A DNA stretch of 58,306 bases from Candidatus Eiseniibacteriota bacterium (GTDB lineage: Bacteria > Eisenbacteria > RBG-16-71-46): contig DASSIN010000161.1 of NCBI GenBank assembly GCA_035691845.1, positions 1 to 58,306 of the forward strand, in the 5' to 3' direction. The notes under the pieces are model-generated. The model was not told the DNA's origin. It worked only from the letters and a program-made list of their open reading frames with translations, and ran no database searches. Position 1 is the stretch's first letter. Each line of letters starts with the position of its first letter. Positions 8,438 to 17,479 of this stretch are shown piece after piece. A program made the position numbers and the translations under genes.

Positions 8438-9151
8438 GTGACCCGCGCCCGCGCATCGCTCGCTTCGCTGTCGCGCGCCATCGTGCGCTGCGAGCGCTGT
8501 CCCCGGCTGCGCGCGTGGTGCGGCGAGGTGGCGAGCGTCAAACGCCGCGCGTACCGTGACGAGACCTACTGGGGCCGCCCGGTCCCCGGGTTCGGCGATC
8601 CGCACGCCCGGCTGCTGGTCGTGGGGCTCGCGCCCGCGGCGCACGGTGGCAATCGCACGGGCCGCGTGTTCACGGGCGACTCCAGCGGCGACTGGTTGTA
8701 CGAGGCGCTGCACCGGTTCGGGTTCGCGAGCCAGCCGCAGTCGGTGAGCCGCGACGACGGGCTGACGCTGAATGACGCGTGGATCACCGCCGCCGCGCGC
8801 TGCGCGCCGCCCGACAACCGTCCGACGCCAGCCGAGCTCGAGACGTGCGGCCGGTGGCTCCAAGCCGAGCTGGCGCTGCTCGAGCGCGTGCGCGTGGTCG
8901 TCACCCTGGGCCGCATCGCGCACGAGCGCTGGCTGCGCGCGGCGGGGCACTGGCGGCGCCCGGCCGCGGCGCGACCGAAGTTCGCGCACGGCGCCGAGTG
9001 CCGGATCGAGGACGGCACCTGGCTGATCGCCTCGTACCACCCGAGCCGCCAGAACACCCAAACGGGCCGGCTCACGCGCGCGATGTGGCACGAGGTGTTC
9101 CGCCGCGCGCGCGCGCGCCTCGAACCCGGCGGCCCGCGCGATCGCGCTTGA
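8438..9151 (+). CDS. udgB: Uracil-DNA glycosylase family 5 (UdgB, 4Fe-4S type)
   Basis: CERCPRL, YWGRPVPGFGD, GLAPAAHGGNRTGRVFTGDSSG, RCAPPDNRP, SYHPSRQNTQTGRL. Start could be 8402 or 8438. Confidence 0.93.
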   Translation: MTRARASLASLSRAIVRCERCPRLRAWCGEVASVKRRAYRDETYWGRPVPGFGDPHARLLVVGLAPAAHGGNRTGRVFTGDSSGDWLYEALHRFGFASQPQSVSRDDGLTLNDAWITAAARCAPPDNRPTPAELETCGRWLQAELALLERVRVVVTLGRIAHERWLRAAGHWRRPAAARPKFAHGAECRIEDGTWLIASYHPSRQNTQTGRLTRAMWHEVFRRARARLEPGGPRDRA

Positions 9152-9185
9152 CGGCCGCCGCCGGGCGGGCGCAAGGTGCGCGCAT

Positions 9186-9342
9186 CGTTCGGGTGCCCGC
9201 ATTCGCGGGTGAAAAGGGAAGGGGGTGCGAATCCCCCGCGGTCCCGCCACTGTGATGGGCTTCCCGGGTTCACGACGCCACTGTTCGCAAGAATGGGAAG
9301 GCGAGCCCGGGTGACGCTCTCAGTCAGGAAACCTGCCCGGGC
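9186..9342 (+). ncRNA. Cobalamin (AdoCbl-class) riboswitch
   Basis: Ordered hallmark elements AAAAGGGAA-GGGGGTGCGAATCCCCC-GCGGTCCCGCCACTGTGA ... GCCACTG ... TGGGAAGGC ... AGTCAGGAAACCTGCC, upstream of a TonB-dependent receptor. Confidence 0.93.
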
Positions 9343-9407
9343 TGTACGAGCCTGTCTGCTCCGGTGAAGAGCGGCGCCCGATCGAGCCCACGTTCCCGTG
9401 GCTCCCG

Positions 9408-9440
9408 AGGTCCCGTTCGCGGCCGCGAGCGGGGCCTTTC
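9408..9440 (+). terminator. Riboswitch expression-platform terminator hairpin
   Basis: 13-bp stem AGGTCCCGTTCGC / GCGAGCGGGGCCT (three G-U pairs), loop GGCC, followed by TTC; lies between aptamer and GTG 9461. Confidence 0.65.
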
Positions 9441-9460
9441 GATTGGGCGCGCGCGACGCC

Positions 9461-11569
9461 GTGATCGGACTCCTGCTGCTGGCCGTGCTCGCCGTTGCGG
9501 CGCGCGATTCGCTCACGCCTGGGCCCTCGCCGGCCGCGCCCGATTCCGTCGGCGCGCGTTCCGCCGCGCCTTTCGCCGGCGCCCGCGACTCGGTGCTGCT
9601 GTTGCCCGAGGTGCGCGTGCGCGCGCCGCGCGTGCCGGCCGCCCTGCGCCGCATGCCGACGGTGTTCGTGCGCGAGCTGGACGCCGCCCATCAGCTGCAG
9701 GCGGTGCGCTCGCTGCCCGAGCTGCTGGCGCGGGCGCCGGGCGTCAGGGTGCTGGACTACGGCGGGCTCGGGGCGTTCAGCACGATCTCGCTGCGCGGCA
9801 GCGCGCCCGACCAGGTGGCGGTGCTGCTCGACGGCGTGCCGCTGACGGGCGCCGCCCGCGGCGTCGTCAACCTGGCCGATCTGCCCGCCACCGCGATCGA
9901 ACGGGTCGAGGTGTATCCCTACGCCGCGCCGCTGGCGTGGGGCGCGGCGCTGCCGGCGGGAGCGGTCAACTTCGTGACCGCCGCGGACGCGGGGCTGCGG
10001 GCGTTGCGCGTCGCGCGCGGCTCGTTCGGCACGTGGGAGACCGCGGGTGGCGCAGGCTGGGGCGGTCCCATGGCGAGCGCCGTGGTGCATGCCGGCTACC
10101 AGGGTTCGCGCGGCGACTTCCGCTACCTCGACACCCACGGCACGCCGTTCGAGCCCGGCGACGACGCGGAGCGCACGCGCGCCAACGATCGCTTCGACGC
10201 GTTCGCGGGCCTCGCCTCGCTGCGCGCGCGACGCGGCGCGTGGTTCGCGCGCGCGCACGAGGACCTGCTGCGCCACGCGCAGGGCCTGCCCGGGCTGGGC
10301 GCGGTGCCGGCGCTGCATGCGCGGCTCTCGATGCTGCAGTCGCTCACCGTGCTCGACGCCGGTCGCGACCCCTCCGCGGACTGGCCGGGCGTGGAGCTGG
10401 AAGCGGGCATGGACCGCCAGCGATCCCGGTTCCAGGACCTGGGCCTGCCGGATCGCGGCGAGCTGGGCGGCACGCGCCACGACACGGACGACATGATCGG
10501 CGCCGAGCGCGGGCGCGTCGCGGCGGTGGAGAGCTGGCGCGCGTGGCGGCTGGAGGGCGAGGCCGACGTGCGCGCCGAGCACGCGCGGCTCGCCGACGCC
10601 GCGGACGGGCTGCCCGATCCCGCGCCGAGCTGGCGCCACGCGCACGGCGCCTCGGGCACGCTGCGATGGTCGCCGTGGCGCGGCCGCATCACGCTGCAGG
10701 GCGCGCGCCGCTGGGAGCGCGTGACGGATCGCCTGCACCCGGCCGGCCTGGGCGTGCCCGCGATCGTGGTGGCGCGCGAGGTCGCCACGCCGCAGCTCGG
10801 CGCGCGCGTGGCGCTGCCGGCGGGATGCGAGCTGCGCGGCAACGCCACCGACGCCGAGCGCGTGCCCGATTTCACCGAGCTGTTCGGCAATCAGGGCACG
10901 GTGTCGGCCAACCCCCGGCTGCGCCCCGAGCGCGTCCGCTCGGCCGACGCCGGGCTCGCGTGGCACGGCGCGCGCGGCGCGTGGCGGGCGAGCGGCTCGT
11001 GGGCGCACTTCGGCTCGCGCGCCCGCGATCTCGTGCTGTGGTGGAAGAACTCGCCCAACACCGTGCAGGCGCTGAACGTGCTCTCGGCGCGCATCACGGG
11101 CGACGAGCTGGCATGGGCGGCGGCGACGCCGGGCGGGTTCGAGCTGTCCGCCTCCGGCACCTGGCAGGACGCGCGCAACACCGCCGCCGTGCCGGCGTAC
11201 GCCGCCGGCAAGGCGCTGCCGCTGCGCCCGCGCGCGCTGGTCTCGGCCGCGCTGGCGTGGCGCCACGGGCCGCTCGCGCTCTCCGCCGACCTCCAGCACC
11301 TCGGCGCCGACGCGCTCGACCCCGCCAACCGCCAGCGCGTGCCCGCCCGCACGCTCACCGGCGCCACGCTGGCGTGGGCGTGGGGCGCGGACGCGGCCGA
11401 CGCGCCCGCGGCCGACGCGCCCGCGGCGCGCAGCCTGACCGTGATGTTCGAAGTCCGCAATCTCGGCGACGTGCGCGCCTCCGATCTCGGCGGCTTTCCG
11501 CTGCCCGGTCGCAGCGTGTTCGTCGCGCTCGAAGCCCGCCATTCGCGTTCCCAGGATTCCGCGCCATGA
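9461..11569 (+). CDS. btuB: TonB-dependent receptor, probable cobalamin importer (BtuB-like)
   Basis: Plug motif ELLARAPGV...STISLRGSAPDQVAVLLDGVPL...IERVEV; barrel motifs PDFTELF, NPRLRPER, VRNLGD, LPGRSVF. Substrate inferred from the riboswitch. Start placed after the terminator hairpin. Confidence 0.85.
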   Translation: MIGLLLLAVLAVAARDSLTPGPSPAAPDSVGARSAAPFAGARDSVLLLPEVRVRAPRVPAALRRMPTVFVRELDAAHQLQAVRSLPELLARAPGVRVLDYGGLGAFSTISLRGSAPDQVAVLLDGVPLTGAARGVVNLADLPATAIERVEVYPYAAPLAWGAALPAGAVNFVTAADAGLRALRVARGSFGTWETAGGAGWGGPMASAVVHAGYQGSRGDFRYLDTHGTPFEPGDDAERTRANDRFDAFAGLASLRARRGAWFARAHEDLLRHAQGLPGLGAVPALHARLSMLQSLTVLDAGRDPSADWPGVELEAGMDRQRSRFQDLGLPDRGELGGTRHDTDDMIGAERGRVAAVESWRAWRLEGEADVRAEHARLADAADGLPDPAPSWRHAHGASGTLRWSPWRGRITLQGARRWERVTDRLHPAGLGVPAIVVAREVATPQLGARVALPAGCELRGNATDAERVPDFTELFGNQGTVSANPRLRPERVRSADAGLAWHGARGAWRASGSWAHFGSRARDLVLWWKNSPNTVQALNVLSARITGDELAWAAATPGGFELSASGTWQDARNTAAVPAYAAGKALPLRPRALVSAALAWRHGPLALSADLQHLGADALDPANRQRVPARTLTGATLAWAWGADAADAPAADAPAARSLTVMFEVRNLGDVRASDLGGFPLPGRSVFVALEARHSRSQDSAP
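11396..11425 (+). repeat. 15-nt in-frame tandem duplication (ADAPA x2) in a late loop of the receptor
   Basis: GCCGACGCGCCCGCG repeated exactly twice. Confidence 0.85.
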
Positions 11570-11601
11570 CCATGGCGCCCGTGATGCCGAACGAGGAGAC
11601 C

Positions 11602-13035
11602 ATGATGCCGTATCCGCGCCACACCCTCGCGCTGCTGCTGCTGGCCGCCACCGCCGTTTCCGCCCATGCCTCGACGCATGCCTACGTGCTCACCAGCGAC
11701 TACTCGAATGGCGGCGTGAGCGTGGCCGACCTCGCCACGCGCACGATGACACGCGACGTCGCCACCGTGTACGAGGACGCGGTCGAGCGCTGGTATCAGG
11801 GCAGGCTGTACGTCGTGAACCGCTACGGCGCCGACAACGTGCAGGTGATCGATCCGGCCGCCGGCTACGCCACCGTCAAGCAGTTCTCGGTCGGCAGCGG
11901 CAGCAATCCGCAGGACATCGCGCTGGTGTCGCCGACGCGCGCATACGTGTCGCGCCTGGGTTCGCCCGATCTGCTGATCGTGAACCCCACGACCGGCGCC
12001 ACGCTCGGCAGCGTGTCACTGGCGGCGTTCGCGGACGCCGACGGCAATCCCGAGGCGGCGCGCATGACGCTGGTGCCGCCGTTCCTGTTCGTGGCGCTGC
12101 AGCGGCTCACGAACTTCCAGCCGCAGCAGGCGGCGATGGTGGCGGTGGTGGACACGCGCGCCGACACGCTGTACGACACCGACCTCGCGACCCCCGGCGT
12201 GCAGGCGATCACGCTGCCGGCGAAGAACCCGGTCACCACGTTCACCGTGCTGCCCGACGGGGCGCCGTATCCCGATCTCCATCTGCTGATCGGCTGCGCC
12301 GGGGCCTACGGCGCGGCCGACGGCGGGATCGCGGACATCGTCGTCACCGGGCTGGCCGAGAACCCGCACCCGGCGATGGCGAGCGCGGGGCTGATCGCGA
12401 CCGAGGCCGCACTCGGCGGCGACGTGGTGGGCGTCGCCTACTATCTGCCGGATCACTCGTACGCCGTCGTCAGCGACGCGTCGTTCAACACCCGGCTCGT
12501 GGCATGGGATCCGCGCACCGGCGGCGTGGTCGGCACCGTCTACGATCCGGGCGGATTCTCGATCGCCGATGCCGCGGTGAACGACCGCCGCGAGCTGTGG
12601 GTGTGCGACAACGGCCTCGCCGCGCCCGGCGTGCGCGTGTTCCGCGCGGGCGCCGACAGCCTGCTCGCCGGCCCGCTCGATGCCGGCCTGCCGCCCGTCG
12701 GCGTCACCTTCGACGAGCTGGAGGACGTTCCGGCCGGCGTTCCAGGCCCGACGCCGCCCGCGTTCGCGCTCGCGCGGCCGACCCCAAACCCGGCGCTGCG
12801 TGTCGCGCATCTCGCGCTCGCGACGCCGCGCGACACGCGCGTGCGCGTTCAGGTGTTCGACGCCGCCGGACGTCGTGTCGCCACGCTGTTCGACGGCATC
12901 GCGCGAGCCGGAACCCTCGCGCTCGACTGGGACCTGAAGGATCGGTCCGGGAACGCGGTGGCGGCTGGGGTGTATGTCGTCCAGGCCGACGGCGAAGGGG
13001 CGAGATCGGAAGGGAAAATCGTCGTCCTGCGCTGA
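11602..13035 (+). CDS. YncE/BtuG-like beta-propeller with FlgD/T9SS-like CTD
   Basis: GAGGAG RBS; signal peptide ending AHA with no lipobox Cys; blades such as LYVVNRYGADNVQVID and NPQDIALVSPTRAYVSR; CTD PTPNPALR...VFDAAGRRVATL...WDLKDRSGNAVAAGVY. Confidence 0.85.
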   Translation: MMPYPRHTLALLLLAATAVSAHASTHAYVLTSDYSNGGVSVADLATRTMTRDVATVYEDAVERWYQGRLYVVNRYGADNVQVIDPAAGYATVKQFSVGSGSNPQDIALVSPTRAYVSRLGSPDLLIVNPTTGATLGSVSLAAFADADGNPEAARMTLVPPFLFVALQRLTNFQPQQAAMVAVVDTRADTLYDTDLATPGVQAITLPAKNPVTTFTVLPDGAPYPDLHLLIGCAGAYGAADGGIADIVVTGLAENPHPAMASAGLIATEAALGGDVVGVAYYLPDHSYAVVSDASFNTRLVAWDPRTGGVVGTVYDPGGFSIADAAVNDRRELWVCDNGLAAPGVRVFRAGADSLLAGPLDAGLPPVGVTFDELEDVPAGVPGPTPPAFALARPTPNPALRVAHLALATPRDTRVRVQVFDAAGRRVATLFDGIARAGTLALDWDLKDRSGNAVAAGVYVVQADGEGARSEGKIVVLR

Positions 13036-13489
13036 CACTCCGGGTTTTGGCCTTGCATTGCGGCAGAAAATGGGCGACAAACTGCCCCGCCGGGAGACAG
13101 AGTGTCGCGTGTCGCCGCAACGCCAAGGCGGCCGCGACGCTCCACGATCGATTCGCACGCGGGCCGTGACAGGCTGTCCCGATTCGCTACGGAACGCGTG
13201 CGATGGCGATGTGCCGCGAGGCCGCGCGGCATCGCGCAAGTCGTTCCACCCCAGGAGATTTCACCGGCTGCGAGAATTGCGGCTCGTTGGCCCCGTGCTT
13301 GCTGCGCGATGAGGCGGAAGTGACGGCCTCGCCGACGCCGCGCGCGGGCGTCATTTCGACCGGAGCGCGATTCGCGACCGGGCGCACGCCTGGTCAACCC
13401 CTGCGAACGTTCCTCCACACTCCGAAGCCACGCCGTTGCTGTTTCGGTCCGCCCCCGAGGGACTTGCTCGCCCTCCGCATGGAGGAATA

Positions 13490-14230
13490 TTGCGTTTTCG
13501 ACCCTTGCCGATGCTCCTCGTCGTTGCATGCGCAGCATGGCCGCTGCTCGCGCAAGGTTCCGAAATCGACTCCGATCCTTCGACTCCGCCCCCCGCCCCA
13601 GGCAGCCCTTCGCCCACGATCGCGCAGAGTCCCACCGGCAACGCCATCACCGTCACGCTGGCCTGGACGGCGCCCGGTGACGACAGCTTGAGCGGGATCG
13701 CGACCGCGTACGACATGCGCTACTCCAGCGCGCCGATCTACGACTGGAACTTCGGCAGCGGCACGAAGGTGATCGGCATGCCGGTGCCGGGCGCGCCCGG
13801 CACGCTGCAGTCGGTGGCGGTGTCGAACCTGCTGTCCGGCACCACCTACTACTTCGCCATCAAGACCGCCGACGAGCGCGGCAACTGGTCCGGGATCTCG
13901 AACGTCGTGGTCAAGACCGGCGGCACCGCGTCCACGCCGGGGATCGCGATGGGCGAGCTCGATTTCGCCGCGCCCAGCCCCAATCCGGCGCGTTCGAGCA
14001 CCAGCTTCCAGTTCGCGCTTCCGCACGAGGACCGCGTGCAGGCCGACGCCTTCGACATCATGGGCCGGCACGTGCGCACGCTGCTCTCCGGCACCAGGCC
14101 GGCGGGCCACGGCCAGGTGTCGTGGGACTTGAGCGACGAGGCGGGGGCCGCGCTGCCGGCCGGCATCTACCTGGTGCGCGCGACGCTCGGGAACCAGAGC
14201 TTCAACCGGCGCGTGGTCATCGTGAGGTGA
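13490..14230 (+). CDS. Secreted fibronectin type III + FlgD/T9SS-like CTD protein
   Basis: GGAGGA RBS before TTG 13490 gives an RFR-led signal peptide; Pro-rich linker; FN3 'LAWTAPGDD...YDMRYS...L.SGTTYYFAIKTADERGNWSGISN'; CTD PSPNPARS...WDLSDEAG...AGIYLVR. Confidence 0.85.
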   Translation: MRFRPLPMLLVVACAAWPLLAQGSEIDSDPSTPPPAPGSPSPTIAQSPTGNAITVTLAWTAPGDDSLSGIATAYDMRYSSAPIYDWNFGSGTKVIGMPVPGAPGTLQSVAVSNLLSGTTYYFAIKTADERGNWSGISNVVVKTGGTASTPGIAMGELDFAAPSPNPARSSTSFQFALPHEDRVQADAFDIMGRHVRTLLSGTRPAGHGQVSWDLSDEAGAALPAGIYLVRATLGNQSFNRRVVIVR

Positions 14231-14380
14231 CGTGGCGGCGCACGAGCGCCATTCGACGGCCGGGCGGCATCGGATCCTGCATCTCGCCATGCGGCCTGCT
14301 TCCGACCCGCCCGCGATCCGGGCCCCGGCATCCGCTGGGGCCCGTCTTGCTGCCGGCTCTGGCGTCCCTGCGCGCGGCGT

Positions 14381-16216
14381 TCAGCCGGCGAGCGTGATGC
14401 GGGTGGTGCAGCGTTCGCCCGGGATCGGCGCCACCAGGCGCGGGGCCGGGGCGCGCAGCGCGAACCGCGACGCCACCTCGCCGGGCTCGATCCGCCACGG
14501 ACCGGCGCCCTCGGCCTCGAACACGGCGCACACTGCGCCCACGCGCACGTCGGCGCGCGCCCCGGACAGGCGCGGTTCGGCGCCGGCGCCGAGCGGGAAC
14601 GCGAGCATGGCGTCGGCGCCGCGCACGCGGTCGCGCACCGTCATCGCCTGCGGCGTCACCTCCACCGCGCGCCAGTGCCATTCGCCGCTCCACCATTCGC
14701 ACCGCCAGCCGTCCTCCGCCGCCGCCACCTGCGCACGCGCGCCCCACAGGAACGGCCCCAGCGCGCGGCTCTGGCTGCGCCCGCCGAACGTCACGGTGGC
14801 GTGCGCCGGCGTCGAACGGCAGCGCTCGCGGGCGGCCGGATCGCCGTGGTACGCGAACGTGCCGGGATCGGCGATCACCGCGCGATCGCCGTGGTGGAGC
14901 GTGACCGACAGCGCATCGGCGTGGCCGTGCGCGGCCAGCGAGCCCAGGCCGAGCGGTCCGTGGTCGAACGTGACGAGCCAGGGTCCCTGCCGCCACACGG
15001 TGTAGCCGCCGGCGGGGAACGCGTGGCGACCGTCCCCGGCCGCGCGCGGCGCGGTCGTGCGGCCGGCGAGCACGCGCGCGAGCGCGGCATCGTCCGCCAG
15101 CGCCGGCTGGCCGAGCCAGGCGGCCAGGGCATCGCCCACGCGGTCGAGACGGGTGGCGTCGTCGCCGGCCAGCAGGATGCGGCCGTCGTCCTCGTCGCCG
15201 ACGTGCGGCATGCCGCCACCCGGCAGCCGGATCGCGCGCGCGAATTCCAGCGAGCGCGCGAGCCGCGCCCGCAGCGCGTCCGGCGCCTTGCGCCCGGCGG
15301 CTTCGCCCGCGATCAGCGCCGCCAGCGCCAGCTCCCACACGAACGGCAGGTAGCCGAACGCCTGCTCGGCGGGCACGCCGTCGTCCAGGATCTGGCGCGG
15401 CAGCTCGTGCGCGATGCCGGCGAGTCCGCGCTCCAGCAGCGGCTCGGCCGCCACCAGCGCCGGGAACGCGCCGCCCGCCACGGCGAGCGCGGCGTACTCC
15501 GCCAGCAGGTGGTTGTTGGCGCTCGAGCCCAGGCTCAAGTGATCGCGGCACCACAGTGCCTGCTGGCCCGCGAAGCTCGCCAGCTCGCGCGCGTCGAACG
15601 CGCGGCGCTCGCCCGGGTCCAGCAGCGCCAGCGTCCAGGTCAGCGCGATCGTCCGCACCGCCATCTCGATCCCGCTCGTGTGATGGATCCCGAACCCGAC
15701 CGGCTGGCGCTGCACGAAGTCGTGCGCCCAGCGCGCGGCGCGCGCGATCGGGGCGGGATCGCCGGTCACGTGGCCGGCGAGCGCGAGCACCGGCAGCGTG
15801 GTGAGCCGGCCCAGCTCCCACGTCCACTTGGGATCGCCCGCGGCGGCGGCGTGGTAGTCGAGCGTGCGCGCGGGCTGGGCGGGCCAGCGCGCGCCGGAGC
15901 GCGGATCGGCGTCCCACGCCGGCGGATCGGCGAGCCGCACCGGGCGCCCGAACGCGCTCCACTCGCCGCGGCCGAGCGCGCTCGCCTGCTCGATCGCCGC
16001 CTCGAATCCGGCCGCGCCGCGCCCCGGCCGGTGCGCGAACCGGTCGAGCCGGTCGGGCGCGGAGGCGCGCGGCAGCATCTTGTCGGCGAGCGCTCCGGCC
16101 GGACCCAGGTACCACGCGGCTCCGGCGCGATCGCGCAGCGCGATGCCGGCGCGGTGCAGCACCTCGCCCGGGCTCATCGCGCGCAGGCGATCGAGCTTCC
16201 AGCGCGCGCCGCTCAC
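14381..16216 (-). CDS. Heparinase II/III-family protein (alginate-lyase-like N-terminal region)
   Basis: WELGRL, SSANNHLLAE, HVGDEDDG, HGHADALS, DPGTFAY, RSTPAH; GTG start overlaps the GT4 stop. Confidence 0.85.
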   Translation of the reverse strand: MSGARWKLDRLRAMSPGEVLHRAGIALRDRAGAAWYLGPAGALADKMLPRASAPDRLDRFAHRPGRGAAGFEAAIEQASALGRGEWSAFGRPVRLADPPAWDADPRSGARWPAQPARTLDYHAAAAGDPKWTWELGRLTTLPVLALAGHVTGDPAPIARAARWAHDFVQRQPVGFGIHHTSGIEMAVRTIALTWTLALLDPGERRAFDARELASFAGQQALWCRDHLSLGSSANNHLLAEYAALAVAGGAFPALVAAEPLLERGLAGIAHELPRQILDDGVPAEQAFGYLPFVWELALAALIAGEAAGRKAPDALRARLARSLEFARAIRLPGGGMPHVGDEDDGRILLAGDDATRLDRVGDALAAWLGQPALADDAALARVLAGRTTAPRAAGDGRHAFPAGGYTVWRQGPWLVTFDHGPLGLGSLAAHGHADALSVTLHHGDRAVIADPGTFAYHGDPAARERCRSTPAHATVTFGGRSQSRALGPFLWGARAQVAAAEDGWRCEWWSGEWHWRAVEVTPQAMTVRDRVRGADAMLAFPLGAGAEPRLSGARADVRVGAVCAVFEAEGAGPWRIEPGEVASRFALRAPAPRLVAPIPGERCTTRITLAG

Positions 16217-17412
16217 GCGCGCTCCGCGATCGCGCGCGCCGGCAGCGGCGCCAGGGGCGGCACGGCGGTCGCGGGATCGCCGGGCAGGAACTCGAGCGGG
16301 CTGCCGGCGAGCACGGCGCGCACGTGGCCCGCGAGCCGCGCGCAGATGCGGTCGGGATGGAACAGGGCGATGTCGTGGGTGAGCGCGTCCGCCAGTCGCT
16401 GGCGCAGCGCGGGGTCGCCCACCAGCCGCTCGATCGCGTCCGCCAGCGCGGCCACGTCGCCCGAAGGCACGAGCAGGCCGTTCGCGCCGTCGCGCACCAG
16501 ATCGGGGATCGCGCCGACCGGCGTCGTGACCACCGCCAGCCCGAACGCGCCGGCCTCGTGCAGCACCACGGGCACGCCCTCGGCGTGGCTCGGCAGCACG
16601 AACAGCGTCGCGCGCCGGTACTCGCGCCACAGCGCCTCGCCCATCTTGAGCCCGGCCATCTCCACCTGCTGCTCCAGGTTCAGCGCCGCGCGCCGGGCCA
16701 GCACCGCCGCCTCGTCGCCGGGGCGCTGCGGCGGCCCCACGATCGTGAGCGGCACGACGAGCCCGCGCTCGCGCAGCCGCGCCAGCGACTCCAGCAGCTC
16801 CCCCGTGCCCTTGCCGGCGCCGAACTGCCCGACCACGAGCGCGCGCAACTCGCGCGCCCGCTCCGGGCGCGGCGCCGCGGCCGCGGCCAGCACCTCGCGG
16901 CGGAACGTGGACGGCACGACGAACGTGGGACAGCGGCAGAACGCGGCCAGCAGCGGGCGCCACGGCTCGCCCAGCAGCAGCATGCGGTCGAACGCGCCGA
17001 ACATGGCGCGCATCCACGCGCGCTCGGGTCCGCGGCGCGCGAGCGTGCGCGCGATGTCGCCGGCGTGCTGGTGCCCGATCACGCGCGCGCCGGCGCGGCG
17101 CACCACGCCCGCCAGCGCGAGGTCGCGCAGCACGGCCGAGAAGTTGCCCGCCACCGGCACGTACGCGACGTCCGGCCGGAACCGCGCCGCCCGCGTCGCG
17201 GTGCGGGAGATGTGGCGCGCCGCCCACGCGAAGTTGGCGGCGTCGAACCGACCCTGCGTCTCCTTGGGGCGGTGCTTGGTGATGTCGGCGTGCGCCAGCT
17301 CGAACGCGTCGAAGGCGTGCGACTCCAGCACCGCCTGCGTCATCGTCTCCACGCCGCCGACGGGCGGAGGGAGCGGCCCCACCACGAGCAGCCGCGGTTT
17401 CAGCGCCGCCAC
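16213..17412 (-). CDS. Glycosyltransferase family 4
   Basis: PPPVGGVE N-terminus; LFVLPSHAEGVPVVLHEAGAFGLAVVTTPVGAIPDLVRDGANGLLV (E-x7-E motif). Confidence 0.92.
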   Translation of the reverse strand: MAALKPRLLVVGPLPPPVGGVETMTQAVLESHAFDAFELAHADITKHRPKETQGRFDAANFAWAARHISRTATRAARFRPDVAYVPVAGNFSAVLRDLALAGVVRRAGARVIGHQHAGDIARTLARRGPERAWMRAMFGAFDRMLLLGEPWRPLLAAFCRCPTFVVPSTFRREVLAAAAAPRPERARELRALVVGQFGAGKGTGELLESLARLRERGLVVPLTIVGPPQRPGDEAAVLARRAALNLEQQVEMAGLKMGEALWREYRRATLFVLPSHAEGVPVVLHEAGAFGLAVVTTPVGAIPDLVRDGANGLLVPSGDVAALADAIERLVGDPALRQRLADALTHDIALFHPDRICARLAGHVRAVLAGSPLEFLPGDPATAVPPLAPLPARAIAERA

Positions 17413-17464
17413 CGCCCACGATCCACGCGCATCGCGAACCGCCCGCGATCCACGCGCATCGCGA
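17411..17464. repeat. 27-nt tandem duplication, 1 mismatch, at the GT4 start
   Basis: ACCGCCC(A/G)CGATCCACGCGCATCGCGA at 17411-17437 and 17438-17464. Confidence 0.85.
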
Positions 17465-17479
17465 CGCGCGGCGAGCCGC

